Positions 1 to 10,055 of a stretch of 13,315 nucleotides of DNA are shown in pieces. Below the pieces are notes generated by a model. It did not search any database and was not told the DNA's origin. It was given only the letters and a program-made list of their open reading frames with translations. The stretch is taken from positions 1 to 13,315 of the forward strand of contig JBHGNT010000964.1 of assembly GCA_043228905.1 (NCBI GenBank), in the 5' to 3' direction. The translations under genes were made by a program, and so were the position numbers. The first letter of the stretch is position 1, and each line of letters starts with the position of its first letter. Source of the DNA: Azolla caroliniana. Taxonomy: Eukaryota; Plantae; Polypodiophyta.

Positions 1-419
1 ATAATGGAATAGTACATCACCTTCCACACATAAGTCACATACACACATGAATAAACTATGTTTTTCAAGGATATATATTCTCTTATGTGCAATTTCAATG
101 TTATGTGAACACATTACATTTTATTTACATAAGAATCAGCGTCAATGAACATTTGCCAATTAGACACATAGTCTGGACATCTCAAATAAGTGATTGTGAT
201 CTGTTTGATAAGATAAGAGTAGATGAACATTAGAAGTATATCACAATTCCATCGTGCATATAATGTGGATAATTATGGTTTGAAGACAAGTGATTTTGGG
301 ATGGAAATATAAAGAACTGGTTACCTTCAATATATGCCTAATAGGTCTATATATCTAGGGCTTGTGTGTTTGTGCATCATTCAAGACATTCACATGGATA
401 ATAGGCTGGAGGAACTTAC

Positions 420-3400
420 AGCAAAAGTGTGAAGATATTCTAGGCCTTGAGCAACGCCAAGTGCTATCTCAAGCCTTCTATACCAGTTCAAAGTTGATGC
501 ATCCTTATCTGTCTCATGAGATCACAAATAACACCAAGTAAGAATCATTTATGGTAAATTTCCCTTCAACTTGGTTCGTATATATGAAAACACCCTTAAC
601 ACATTTTCCAAAATTATCACGTGATTCTTAATCTTGTGCCTAGAAATAATTGTAGAGTTCGAAAAAGAAATATTCAATTTGGAGGGGCGTATGATCTGAT
701 ATATCATTAGATAAGTTCCAATTGAAGGGCGTGTTGTTTTTGAGAGCATCCTCTTCATTTCTAAATATAATTACAAAGTTAGGAGTTTTTACCAAAGAGA
801 TGGCGATGCAAGTTCCCGTTTTTCATATATTCATAGACGAGGATCTACAACAAAAATCAAGGTTGAAATTAGTTAAATTCCTAGCTTGGTATAGATTTTT
901 AATGCTAGAAGGAAAATCAAGGTTGAAATTAGTTAAATTCCTAGCTTGGTATAGATTTTTAATGCTAGAAGGCTCTAATACCTAATATACCTGCTCATCT
1001 TTGTCATCACAAAATCCTTCGAGCCGAACGAGATGGCGATGATGTAACCGACTAAGCAACATAATTTCATTCCGGAACTCCTTAATACCTTGAAAACTTA
1101 CGTCGGAGGCCCTTTTTATCGCAACTTCTTTATTATCATCAAGGTGTGCTAAGTAGACTTTTCCGAAACCACCTTCTCCTATTTCACAATCCTTGCTAAA
1201 TGATTTTGTAGCTTTCATTACCTCTCTGTATGTAAACCGCCTGACACCAGGGGGAACTTCCCAATTTCCAGTATCTTGATCTATTTCAAAGATTAAATAA
1301 GAAATTATCAGTTAGGCACACAATTTGGAGATACCTTGATCCTTAAAAGCTTTTAGGATTTGTGATCACACCATTTCCAGGTCTCCTACGCTTCTTTGAT
1401 GTGGAAAAAGGCTTGAACCACCATATTAAGGCAATTATTCCACATAAGATCACCACCACTCCAATCACAGATCCAATGATTGCTGCTATCGGAAATTTCT
1501 TTTTCTCTATAAAAGAAGTTGGAGTTTAGATGCTTGCAAATAATCAAGAATTTGATACATTTTATAATGATTTGCTAGGCATTTTAAAATCTAAAACCAG
1601 ATCTGGATTAATGATTGATTCCATGTTCAAAAAGCCAGAAGCTTACTGGCAAAAAATTCTTCACAACTTCTCTTGTCCCCGCATACTTGCTTGTGAGCCC
1701 CAAAGTCAGAATCGAAGCAATTTCCTTTCCATCTGGACGGTTGAATGCGGAAAAGAAAGGATTTATCTTATGCCTCTCACGTCATTGTTTCAAACATCAG
1801 TGATGATCTAGTTTCTCACATATCTAGGAAAAAACAAGCAAGATACCCACGATTTTTGCCTTATTTCTCCGATGCCCTTAAGTTCTTTTATCCCTGCCTA
1901 GTTCCCAAAGGAGAATTGTTTGGATGAGAACTAAGGGGCATCTGAACGCAAATTTTGGGGCTATTGTATAGTTTTTCCTTGTATTGTACCATGATGGAGT
2001 TTGCATTTTTGTAATATATAGGGTCTATGCCCCTTGGAGTGCTTAAATTTATATAATTGTTATCTAGTTTGGAGAATGTATGTATAGACCCGCAAATTTG
2101 ACTGCAATGACTCTCTTTGATGGTTAGAAATGGTATCCCTTAATTCAAGATGTCATCAATTATTAATGGAAGAGTGATGGTGCAGGTGCACATGACTTAC
2201 GTGCTATCATTAAAGAAAGCTGGGTATGATCCTTGTAGGAAATTGCATTTAAAATCCCTGCAATCCATTATGAAGTTTAAGAATTTTTATTGATTTGGTA
2301 TGATCCATGAAAGCTTAAGAATTCGTTAAGAAAGGCATTTATATATGTATGTATCTTTACATACATATGTACATGTATCTTGCTACATGTGTACGTATGT
2401 ATGTACATACAAATAGTTTTTGCTTGAGGCTTACACTCTTTCTGAAGTATTTTGGAGATTTCCTATCCAAGCTGGAACATTGCCACTGAGGTCATTTGTA
2501 TACATTCTCCTGTGTACACAATAAGATACATTTTTTTGTCTCTAATCAGTTATTTTTGGGTTGTCATGATTTTTTTTATGTTAATTGACAAACAGTTTTC
2601 TATACATACAAGTCCTTCAAGCTTGTCATGCCTTTCCAGCTCTCAGGAATAGATCCTGTCAACTCATTATTATAAAGGTGCCTGCATATAGTTAAGAAAT
2701 AGAAAAAAAATTAAATGCATCTACAGAAAGATGCTCTCCAGAATCATATCAATGGCTGACTAGATGCAATACAATTCCTTTCACTAGATCAAGTGGATTA
2801 AAAATGGTATTGAACAAGGCTTGTGTGGATACATACAGCTTTTCCAGCTTAGTAAAGCTAGCTCCCCACGCTGATGGTAAAGGCCCACTGAGGTGTATAT
2901 CATGCAAATTCCTATTGAGAAGAAGAAGAAGACTTTATCAGAATTGCGTTATTTAAAAGACTCATTACATTTGGTTCAAGTTATAATAATGAGCATCCGT
3001 TATTGATCAATAATGATTTATAGAGAGTTCAACTTGTTTGATATTTGGTCAAAGTCATGCTTAATTCTGAATAAAAAAATACTGAAGAGGGACTCAAGCC
3101 TAATTGTCTCAAAAGAACAGACTAGAGTTGGGCAAATCATTTGCACAAAGCTGTTTCTCAAGACGTTTATAATCTCAGAATTAAACATACTTATGCTTGT
3201 GTAAAAATGTGAAGATAATGTCTTGGATGTACCTATCATCATGTTAAATCACATGTATTCTTTTAATCATTACTTAAGATAATGGCTCGTGTGCACCAAA
3301 ATCACTTTAGCATAGACCAATATGAAACCCTTATTTTTGTATTGCACCTCATAAGAAGAGTAAGTTGTTCACTTACAAGTATGTCAAGTTGACCCATACA

Positions 3401-5357
3401 CCCCATTCTGCTGGTAGTTGAGCTATTTTTAGATCAGAATTCCCCCAAACAGTTCTGTAAAATGTCAGCAACAAATTCAAACACATAAATATAATTCCTT
3501 ATTTGGATTACGCATGTAATAATGAAATAAATTACTATGACAAAAGAAAACCCAATAGAGGCATCAAGTAATTTGGTCTTACAAAATTCTCAAGTGGACA
3601 AGAGATGGAAGACTTTTGGGTAAGGATATGAATGAGTTATTTCCAAGCCACCTGCAGATGCAATTAGGGAAAAGAATTAATCTCTTTCTCGCTCTCTCGA
3701 TCTCGTATATATATATATATAGTATGTATGTATATTGATTTCTTCGATGGTTTAATTGAAAGAAGTAATGAGAACAATGAATTGGGCTCACAATTCTTGT
3801 AGGTTGGATAAGGCAGATATCCCTTCTGGAAATGCACCTTGGAATCTGTTGTTGTCAAGGCGCCTGAAAAGAAGTGAAGACTTTTTACATGTTAATGCAT
3901 GTTCTCTTTATTTTGTATAGCGGAATATATTAGATTGTATGATTTTTGCTACATTGAGAATGTCATAACCAATTGTATCTGATGGAGAAATGAAGATAAA
4001 TGATCGAAAAGGGTTTCATAATAGATTTAAAGGAAAACTTACAATTCCACGAGTTGTGTTAAGCTTAGTATATCGTTTGGAAACACTTCACTGAATGCAT
4101 TGGATGTTAAATTCCTGCAATGTGTAATCATAATGGAAGTCATTATTAGTATTGGAGTAATGAGTTACAAGCTAGTAAAAGATAAGAGTAAGAGCTGGTC
4201 TATATTATTTTCTGAAAGGGAGATTCACATACAAGTCATGTAATTGTGTCAACATAGATATCGATGGCAACGGACTTGTGAGGAAATTTTTTGATAGATC
4301 CAATGATGTTAATGCCGTAAGGCTTGCGAACGAATCACTCGGTAATGTCCCTTGTAGACCAAATTGTGACATATTCCTAGAATAAATTTAAAATTGTCAT
4401 GAAGATCATAATTAGAACACAAACCATTTTAATTACGTGGCAAATTAACATCAGTTAACTGTAATAGACCATATAATCAGTACTTGGCAACTCATGATTA
4501 TAATTAACTAGAGAGTGTGATTAGCATTAATGAAATATAGAACATACTTTGCGTTATGAAACCAGAATTAACATGAATAGGACATAATTAGCATCTATCT
4601 AGAGGTTAATGGATCATTAAGGAGTTATTACAGTGATATAACACGGTTAAAGGAGGAGCATGTGACCCCAGTCCAACTGCAAGGATTGGACGCAGAACTA
4701 TTCCATGATGTTGTTATGTTTGACATTGAACCCCCAACCGCAGTTTTAATACTCAGGAGTGCTTGAACTGCAATTGACGCAAGCAATCAGTTGATTTAGA
4801 TAATTCAAAAGTAAAGCCCTCAACAAATTAAATCTAGCCAACGAGGTTAATAAAGACCAAATTATAGAGAAAGTAAGGATTGAAAGACGGATCAAAATTA
4901 ATGGCGACAAAGTAGAGATCAAATGGTGGATCAAATGGAGGATAAAGTAAGAATAAAATTGAAGAATAATAACAGATCCGACGAAGAATAAATGAGGGAA
5001 TGATGGATCAAATGAAGGACAATAACAGATGCAATGAAGAGTGAGAAAGGATGGAATGAAAAACGAGATTGTGAAGAAAGATCGTTGCTAGATACAAACA
5101 ATTTCGATAGTGAAGCTGAAGATTGATTCTGGATCAAACGGAGAATAGGTGGGGGATTAAATGGAACTGAAGAATGATTGTAAGTCTCAAATAAAAGATA
5201 CTTAGGGATCAATCGAATTGATTGGCAGGATTGTTTAGAAAGCAATGTTGGCATCCAGAGACTTGTAATTACCTTCATTGTTTTGAGCTTTGACATGGGA
5301 AGATTGGGGAAGAAGAAGAATGAGTGAGAAACACACATAAATTGGTATGATCTTCAT
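420..5357 (-). CDS. Leucine-rich repeat receptor-like protein kinase (LRR-VIII-1-like kinase domain), multi-exon, 3'-partial (continues beyond position 1)
   Basis: Manually spliced GT-AG exons with consistent phases: 5357-5273, 4767-4632, 4376-4233, 4114-4043, 3863-3792, 3651-3583, 3454-3377, 2911-2837, 2681-2610, 2509-2435, 2257-2201, 1732-1647, 1506-1372, 1280-991, 844-793, 508-420 (1587 nt, no stops). Signal peptide MKIIPIYVCFSLILLLPQSSHVKA. N-cap EVQALLSIK...SWNSSASNPCSWTGVTC. LRRs such as LDLSKNFLTSPLP, LRLDNNRFQGAFP, LHLYNNELTGSIP. TM IAAIIGSVIGVVVILCGIIALIWW. Kinase RFTYREV...IGEGGFGKVY...VAIKRA...EFRNEIMLLSRLHHRHLVRL...ILVYEYMKNG...LNWYRRLEIALGVAQGLEYLH. I did not find the HRD/DFG exons in 1-419. 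Confidence 0.93.
853..972. repeat. Perfect 60-bp tandem duplication inside RLK intron 14
   Basis: 853-912 is identical to 913-972. Confidence 0.97.
991..1280 (-). CDS. RLK exon 14: juxtamembrane region and kinase subdomains I-IV
   Basis: Acceptor tttgaaatag at 1281, donor CAG|GTATAT at 990. Encodes GEGGFG, VAIK and the alphaC Glu. The ORF-track entry 982..1218 is part of this exon. Confidence 0.95.
1372..1506 (-). CDS. RLK exon 13: transmembrane helix
   Basis: KKKKFPIAAIIGSVIGVVVILCGIIALIWWFKPFSTSKKRRRPGN. Hydrophobic stretch followed by a basic stop-transfer cluster, with phase-1 introns on both sides. Confidence 0.9.
2341..2410. repeat. Degenerate (TATG/CATA)n simple repeat in RLK intron
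   Basis: atatgtatgta-tctt-tacatacatat and further TATG/TACA runs. Confidence 0.7.
3707..3721. repeat. (TA)n microsatellite in RLK intron
   Basis: Alternating TA run, flanked by a TC-rich tract and TATG units. Confidence 0.8.
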
Positions 5358-5664
5358 GATGTGGTGATCATGGGGTTTCAAAAGGAATGAAGCAGGGTAT
5401 AATTTACTCTTGATTGAAGCTGATAATGAATGATTGATTGATTAGGGAGGTGTTGCAGAGGAGGAATTAGTAATCTAACCCTAAAATTATTGATAGTTAG
5501 AATTTAGATATAGGTTGGCTCTCGCTCTCAACATCATGGGGCATGATTAATCAGGGTCAACAAAACAAAGTGGTACAGAAAAATGAAATGCAGGTGGTGG
5601 GGGGTGGGGGCATACCTAGGAACGTTCAAAAAACAAATTTAAAAGGAACCCACCATTGATTGTT

Positions 5665-6360
5665 TTAGGACAAAGTCACAACCTGTGAAAACAGAGAGTA
5701 TATAGTAGGGTATGTAGTAGGGGAAAACAGGTCTCCTTGTGGCCGTGGGCGTTTTAAGTGTTCACACCTAGTGACCGCAAGAAAGAAATACGAGTCTCCT
5801 CGGGCTTCATCGATCGATTTCTTCTTGTTCTTTTTCTTCTCTATAGTTGCAATAGATTGAATTGTCTTTTTAACGAATGTCTTCCGGGGCCCTCGCGTTT
5901 GATGTACTTTAGTTAATGAGTGCACGATTGCTGTTCTCTGATTCTTCGTGATCTCACTCACCTTTTGGAAGAAGATGGGAATGAAGGACATGAACTTATA
6001 GGATGGAAAGACACAACACGAGTGAAAAACTTTTCAACACATTGTGTCCTTTTACGAGGCTCAAACAATCTTCAATACACACTTAAGACGATACCTACCA
6101 TATTTGACATTCAAATCAGATTCATACATACATGTCTTCATCCGCTCTTCAATTTCGTACGTGCAAATTGGACATGGACGATGAGAACGATATGCCATGC
6201 CAATTGTTTGTGTAAATGCCACGGGTTTAGTGTTTGACTAATATTTGGGGTTCATTGTCTCCCTAATGTAAATCTTTTTCATTGGCCTGAGCAATTCATC
6301 CTTGAAACTATATTTAATTGGCAAAATGGGATCTCCATTTATTCTTAAGTCATTGCCACC
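5665..6360 (-). pseudogene. Decayed reading frame of unknown, probably transposon-derived, protein with CxxC...HxxC motif
   Basis: One frame of about 232 codons with only four internal stops (6240, 6063, 6054, 6036), contiguous with track ORF 5665..5991. Contains AYRSHRPCPIC and KVFHSCC. Family not recognised. Confidence 0.3.
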
Positions 6361-6507
6361 TATACAAAAAATGGGTCACCCTCTAACCTTGATGAGCTAT
6401 CACGTTAGAGTTTAAAATGCTCCAAAATGGCTACATGCTAGCCATGCAGGAGTTGGCATCTTGGAAGGGACATCTTTACATTATATTATCAAACCTTTAT
6501 AAAAAAG

Positions 6508-6616
6508 CGTTGACTTTGTAATATATATGTATGGGATAATGCACACCGTAGTACTACAATCCTCGTTGACTTTGTATTTTATATGGGATAATGCACAAAG
6601 AGAGGACTACACTCCT
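6508..6616. repeat. Imperfect two-copy tandem repeat, period 56 bp
   Basis: cgttgactttgta...atgggataatgcaca...actaca.tcct begins at 6508 and again at 6564. Confidence 0.85.
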
Positions 6617-7264
6617 TGCTCCTTGTCTTTGGCATGTCCCACCCACATTTAGCTTTAAGACCATAAACATTTTGCATGTACATTTGAATCATCCAAGTTG
6701 GTACATCATATTACTATATCAGTAATTGAGATTGCAGCCTTGAAGACGATAAGGAAGAATCAAGTCCAATGTATTAACGATGCCACATTATTTTCAAGCG
6801 TGGGTTGGGTTGGGTTTTTTGGGGTGCGCTTACCCTTTTCATTATTAGTGTAAATAGATGTAAGATGCATAGGAAATAAATCAAATATTGGTGCGTGTTG
6901 GGGTGCTATTAGTTCATTGTTAATGCCTAAACGTGTAGGCTAATTGTTGGTAAGTTATGTGTTTTTAACATATTCCGAGGTTGTGTCAAAATTCGAAAGT
7001 TTACCCTCCCAAGGTATGACCTAGTCTATGGACTGAATAGTGTGCATTGTATACATACTTATTACGTGCATTTCTTTAGCAAGTAGTATATTAATTTCTT
7101 CCTCCAAATATGGGGAAAGCATCGGAAATGTTTAACATAGATCTACGCTCTTCTCCAAACTCTTTCAGTAGGTCAAACCTTCCACTAAAATATAAATCCC
7201 TAAATGAGTTTGACTAGTTCTTCTGTGTCATGCAATTGAAATACATAAATATATCGATCCCTTA

Positions 7265-7512
7265 AAACCTAAGTCCGTTAAACTCATTACAAGCATGTCA
7301 ACATCTAAATCAAAATTTACACATATGTTGAAAAACAAAGCCAATCCAAGTCCATTAAAACCCAATATTAATATGTCAACATTTAAATCAAAATATACCC
7401 ATAAGTTGAAAAACAATGCCACTCCTAGTATGCTAGCAACTAAATCAAAAGCTAAGCATAAGTTGAAAAAGAAGCCCACTCTGAGTTCGTTAAACTCATT
7501 AGTCTGTCAACA
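7265..7512. repeat. Degenerate tandem repeat, about 3.4 units of 78/57 bp
   Basis: taaatcaaaa at 7306, 7384 and 7441. atgtcaaca at 7295 and 7373. gttgaaaaa three times. cgttaaactcatta near both ends. Confidence 0.8.
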
Positions 7513-8011
7513 ATGACGGACTCTATAGTTCCTTGGTCAAAAAATGTCACAATTTGATGGAATGGTATTGATGGAAACATTTTCTCACGTTGACATTGGA
7601 TTTGTTCTTATATTTAAGTTCAATTGTTTTGGAGGTTTTGCCATAAAGTTTTGACACTCGATCTGATTGCCTTGGTATTTATCATGAGAAAGGAAGTATA
7701 TGTATTCACTCCAAAGTTTAAACAATACAAACTCTTAGAATTTCAACCAATTTCTTTTGATCTTCTTCTTCTATTTTTTTCTATTTCTGATTCTTTTTTT
7801 CCGTTTGAATATTCCAATTCCATTTTTCTCCCCCCCTCTTTTCTTATGATTTTGATTCTTCTTTCTTCTTTTATCCCTTCATGATCTCAAATTCTAGTTC
7901 TGCCTTCTTATTTCTAGATTTCAGTCCTCTTTTCTCGATTTTATCTTCACAATGTTCACAATGCTAGTTGACAAAGGCCATTCCGACGTGTATTTTCATT
8001 GAATCTGAAGG

Positions 8012-8318
8012 TTAGGGTTTATACTAAAATGCACGTATTTTCAGTTCTTCCGTTCGTTTCTAGAGTTAGGGTTTGCAATCTAGGGTTATGCTTTATATTC
8101 TAGAGTTCCATCCATTTTTAGGTTTCGGGTTTGCATTCCAAGGTTTTGATTCTAGGGTTAAAGTTAGGGTTTGGTCAAATTCTTTTCTTTACAATCTGTC
8201 AATTAGTAATAACACTTTCTAGGGTTATTATTCACTTTTGACGGACAGGTCAGACTCACTTGCTCTGGTTAAAGTTTACTTAGCTTGTTTTATTCTCAAA
8301 ATGGTCCAGTTAGGGTTT
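8012..8318. repeat. Cluster of telobox / telomere-like TAGGGTT motifs
   Basis: TTAGGGTTT at 8012, 8066, 8164, 8310 and TAGGGTTA at 8081, 8153, 8220, all in the same orientation, plus degenerate copies. Confidence 0.75.
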
Positions 8319-9176
8319 GCACAATATACCTTATTTTTCAGTGATCTTCCATATCTGTTTCTAGGAAGGGGATCCCCCTTTCTAAGGCTTCTGACTGCTC
8401 TCTTTGTTTTCATTCTGGTTTTCCCTATCAATTTACTTTTGCTAAGTATGTCTCTGTTTCCTCCTTTCTCATAACACACAAACTTCTTATTTTTCATATG
8501 GGATTAAGTTCTACTAATTTGTTCTGCTTTTAGCTCTTCCAGTAAATGTGCCTCTGCAAACTCTCAGTTTTCAGTTTTACTCATCTGTGTTTCTCTTGGT
8601 TCCTTCTTCATATATCCATATGATCATGCATTTATACATATATCCATGCTTCAATGCGTAGTAAAGAATTTACTCCAATCCATTCGCAAACATTCCTTTT
8701 CATACGAATGTGTATGTTATCAAAACATTCTTATGTTTTTTTTTACACTTTTTACCTTAACTTTCTTATATGTACCTTATAACAAATAATGAATACTAAA
8801 AGTATGGTATTTACCATACGTCAACGGTGTTTACCATGCTCAAATGATTGAAACATTCTCGAATGCGAATGCACGTATGGTACATATAATTCATACTATG
8901 CTTCAATGCACGTATGGTATGTATCATTATGAAAACCTATTTCACGTGAAATAGCTAGAAAGCCAAACTTTTGCTTTATATTTTTGAGGTTAAATTGAAG
9001 TTTCTCAAAAACCATTTGTGCCTGTTTTGAATGTGTCTTTGCTTGGTGGACATATTATGATCGTATCCATATCATCGGATAGTAAGTCTGCAAATATATA
9101 GCATACAAAAAGAATTATGTTGTATGTGTTCTCAACACATGGTATGTATGCATGCATGTATGTATGCGTGTTTGGA

Positions 9177-9215
9177 TGTATATGTATGTGTGTGTGTGTG
9201 TGCGCGCGCGTGCGC
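9177..9215. repeat. Compound (TA/TG)n(CG)n alternating purine-pyrimidine microsatellite
   Basis: tgtatatgtatgtgtgtgtgtgtgtgcgcgcgcgtgcgc. Confidence 0.85.
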
Positions 9216-9387
9216 TTATATATTTTAATAAGTTTGTATGCACCTAGATTTGATCCCTTATGATATGATTCATTATTGGTTATGCAATGAATGGAAAAGA
9301 GTGAGTGTATGTTATAGCCAATTTTAACTTGTTACATTTTATATGGTTAGATATCTTTGTGATCATTGTTTATTGATTTATTGAAGA

Positions 9388-9720
9388 TCTGGTTCTGGGA
9401 AGATGCCATATATGAGCCCAACTTGGAGAGTTGTGCCCTTATGGGTGATGGTGTGGGCACAAAAATTGTTCACAATATGGGGTGTCAATTTGCTAGAGAA
9501 GTCAAGGAGGCATTGCAAACACTAAGGCAACAACAAACTGTACATAGGAACCCAAACTAACATATACCAAAAAGGTTGCCTTGGTGGCAAACAATGCCGG
9601 AGAGGACACATTGGCAGACAAGTGCAAATGGGAGCATTGGAATGGAGGAGTGACTAGAATCACCATACTCGCACACCTATTCTTCCCATTCTTTGAGAGA
9701 GTGAGAGAATGTAGGTCAAG
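9388..9720 (+). mobile_element. Probable degenerate LINE (L1-like) ORF2 C-terminal zinc-knuckle fragment
   Basis: Translation SCALMGDGVGTKIVHNMGCQFAREVKEAL resembles the zf-RVT pattern CxxC...ETxxHLxxxCxFAREVW with substitutions. Boundaries uncertain. Confidence 0.4.
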
Positions 9721-9721
9721 C

Positions 9722-10055
9722 TATGGCTAATAGGTCTTATAGTGCTTGTGCAACATTCAAGACCTTCACATCTATACTAGGTGGGAGTTAATTTCGGCGA
9801 AAGTGTGAAGATATTCTAAGTCTATACCAGTTCAAAGAGCATGCATGTTGACTTGTCACATGCCATCATGATTAGCACGATGTAAAATGCATTAACATTA
9901 AATTACCCTTCAAATTGGTTCGGATATTTCAGCTTTTTACCAAGATATTTATAATCATTATAGAAGCTCCCATTCAAGAGTATGTTGTACTTCAGGATTT
10001 CCTCTTCACTTCTAAATATAATTGCAAAGTTAGGTGTTTTTACTAAAGAGGTGGT
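9722..10055 (-). pseudogene. Degraded paralogous fragment of the LRR-RLK (kinase exons 15-16 with introns)
   Basis: Collinear with 333-805. Shared blocks: ctaataggtct, cattcaagac.ttcacat, aaagtgtgaagatattcta, tctataccagttcaaag, aaatt.cccttcaa.ttggttcg, tcctcttca.ttctaaatataatt.caaagttagg.gtttttac.aaagag.tgg. About 32 bp deleted in the exon, and the donor (GT>GA) and acceptor (AG>AA) of that exon are lost. Confidence 0.9.

Noticed and set aside
722-985. 87-aa plus-strand ORF with a repeated peptide
   Set aside because: By-product of the 60-bp intronic duplication, antisense to RLK exon 15 and intron 14.
2912-3376. Possible hidden LRR exon in a long intron
   Set aside because: No LxxLxLxxN-type pattern with suitable splice sites was seen, and the flanking exons join in frame.
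1530-5338. Short track ORFs overlapping the RLK (e.g. 1530..1811, 2452..2652, 3013..3204, 3664..3858, 4746..4934, 4931..5338)
   Set aside because: Antisense, out-of-frame or intronic low-complexity frames. Only the tail of 3579..3791 coincides with a real exon (3651-3583).
853-7512. CRISPR-like interpretation of the direct repeats (853, 6508, 7265)
   Set aside because: Eukaryotic context, head-to-tail units without unique spacers, and no cas genes.
7624-8497. Hydrophobic ORFs 7624..7884 and 8238..8474, and basic ORF 8276..8497
   Set aside because: F/L/S- or K/R-rich translations expected from T/C-skewed DNA, with no recognisable domain.
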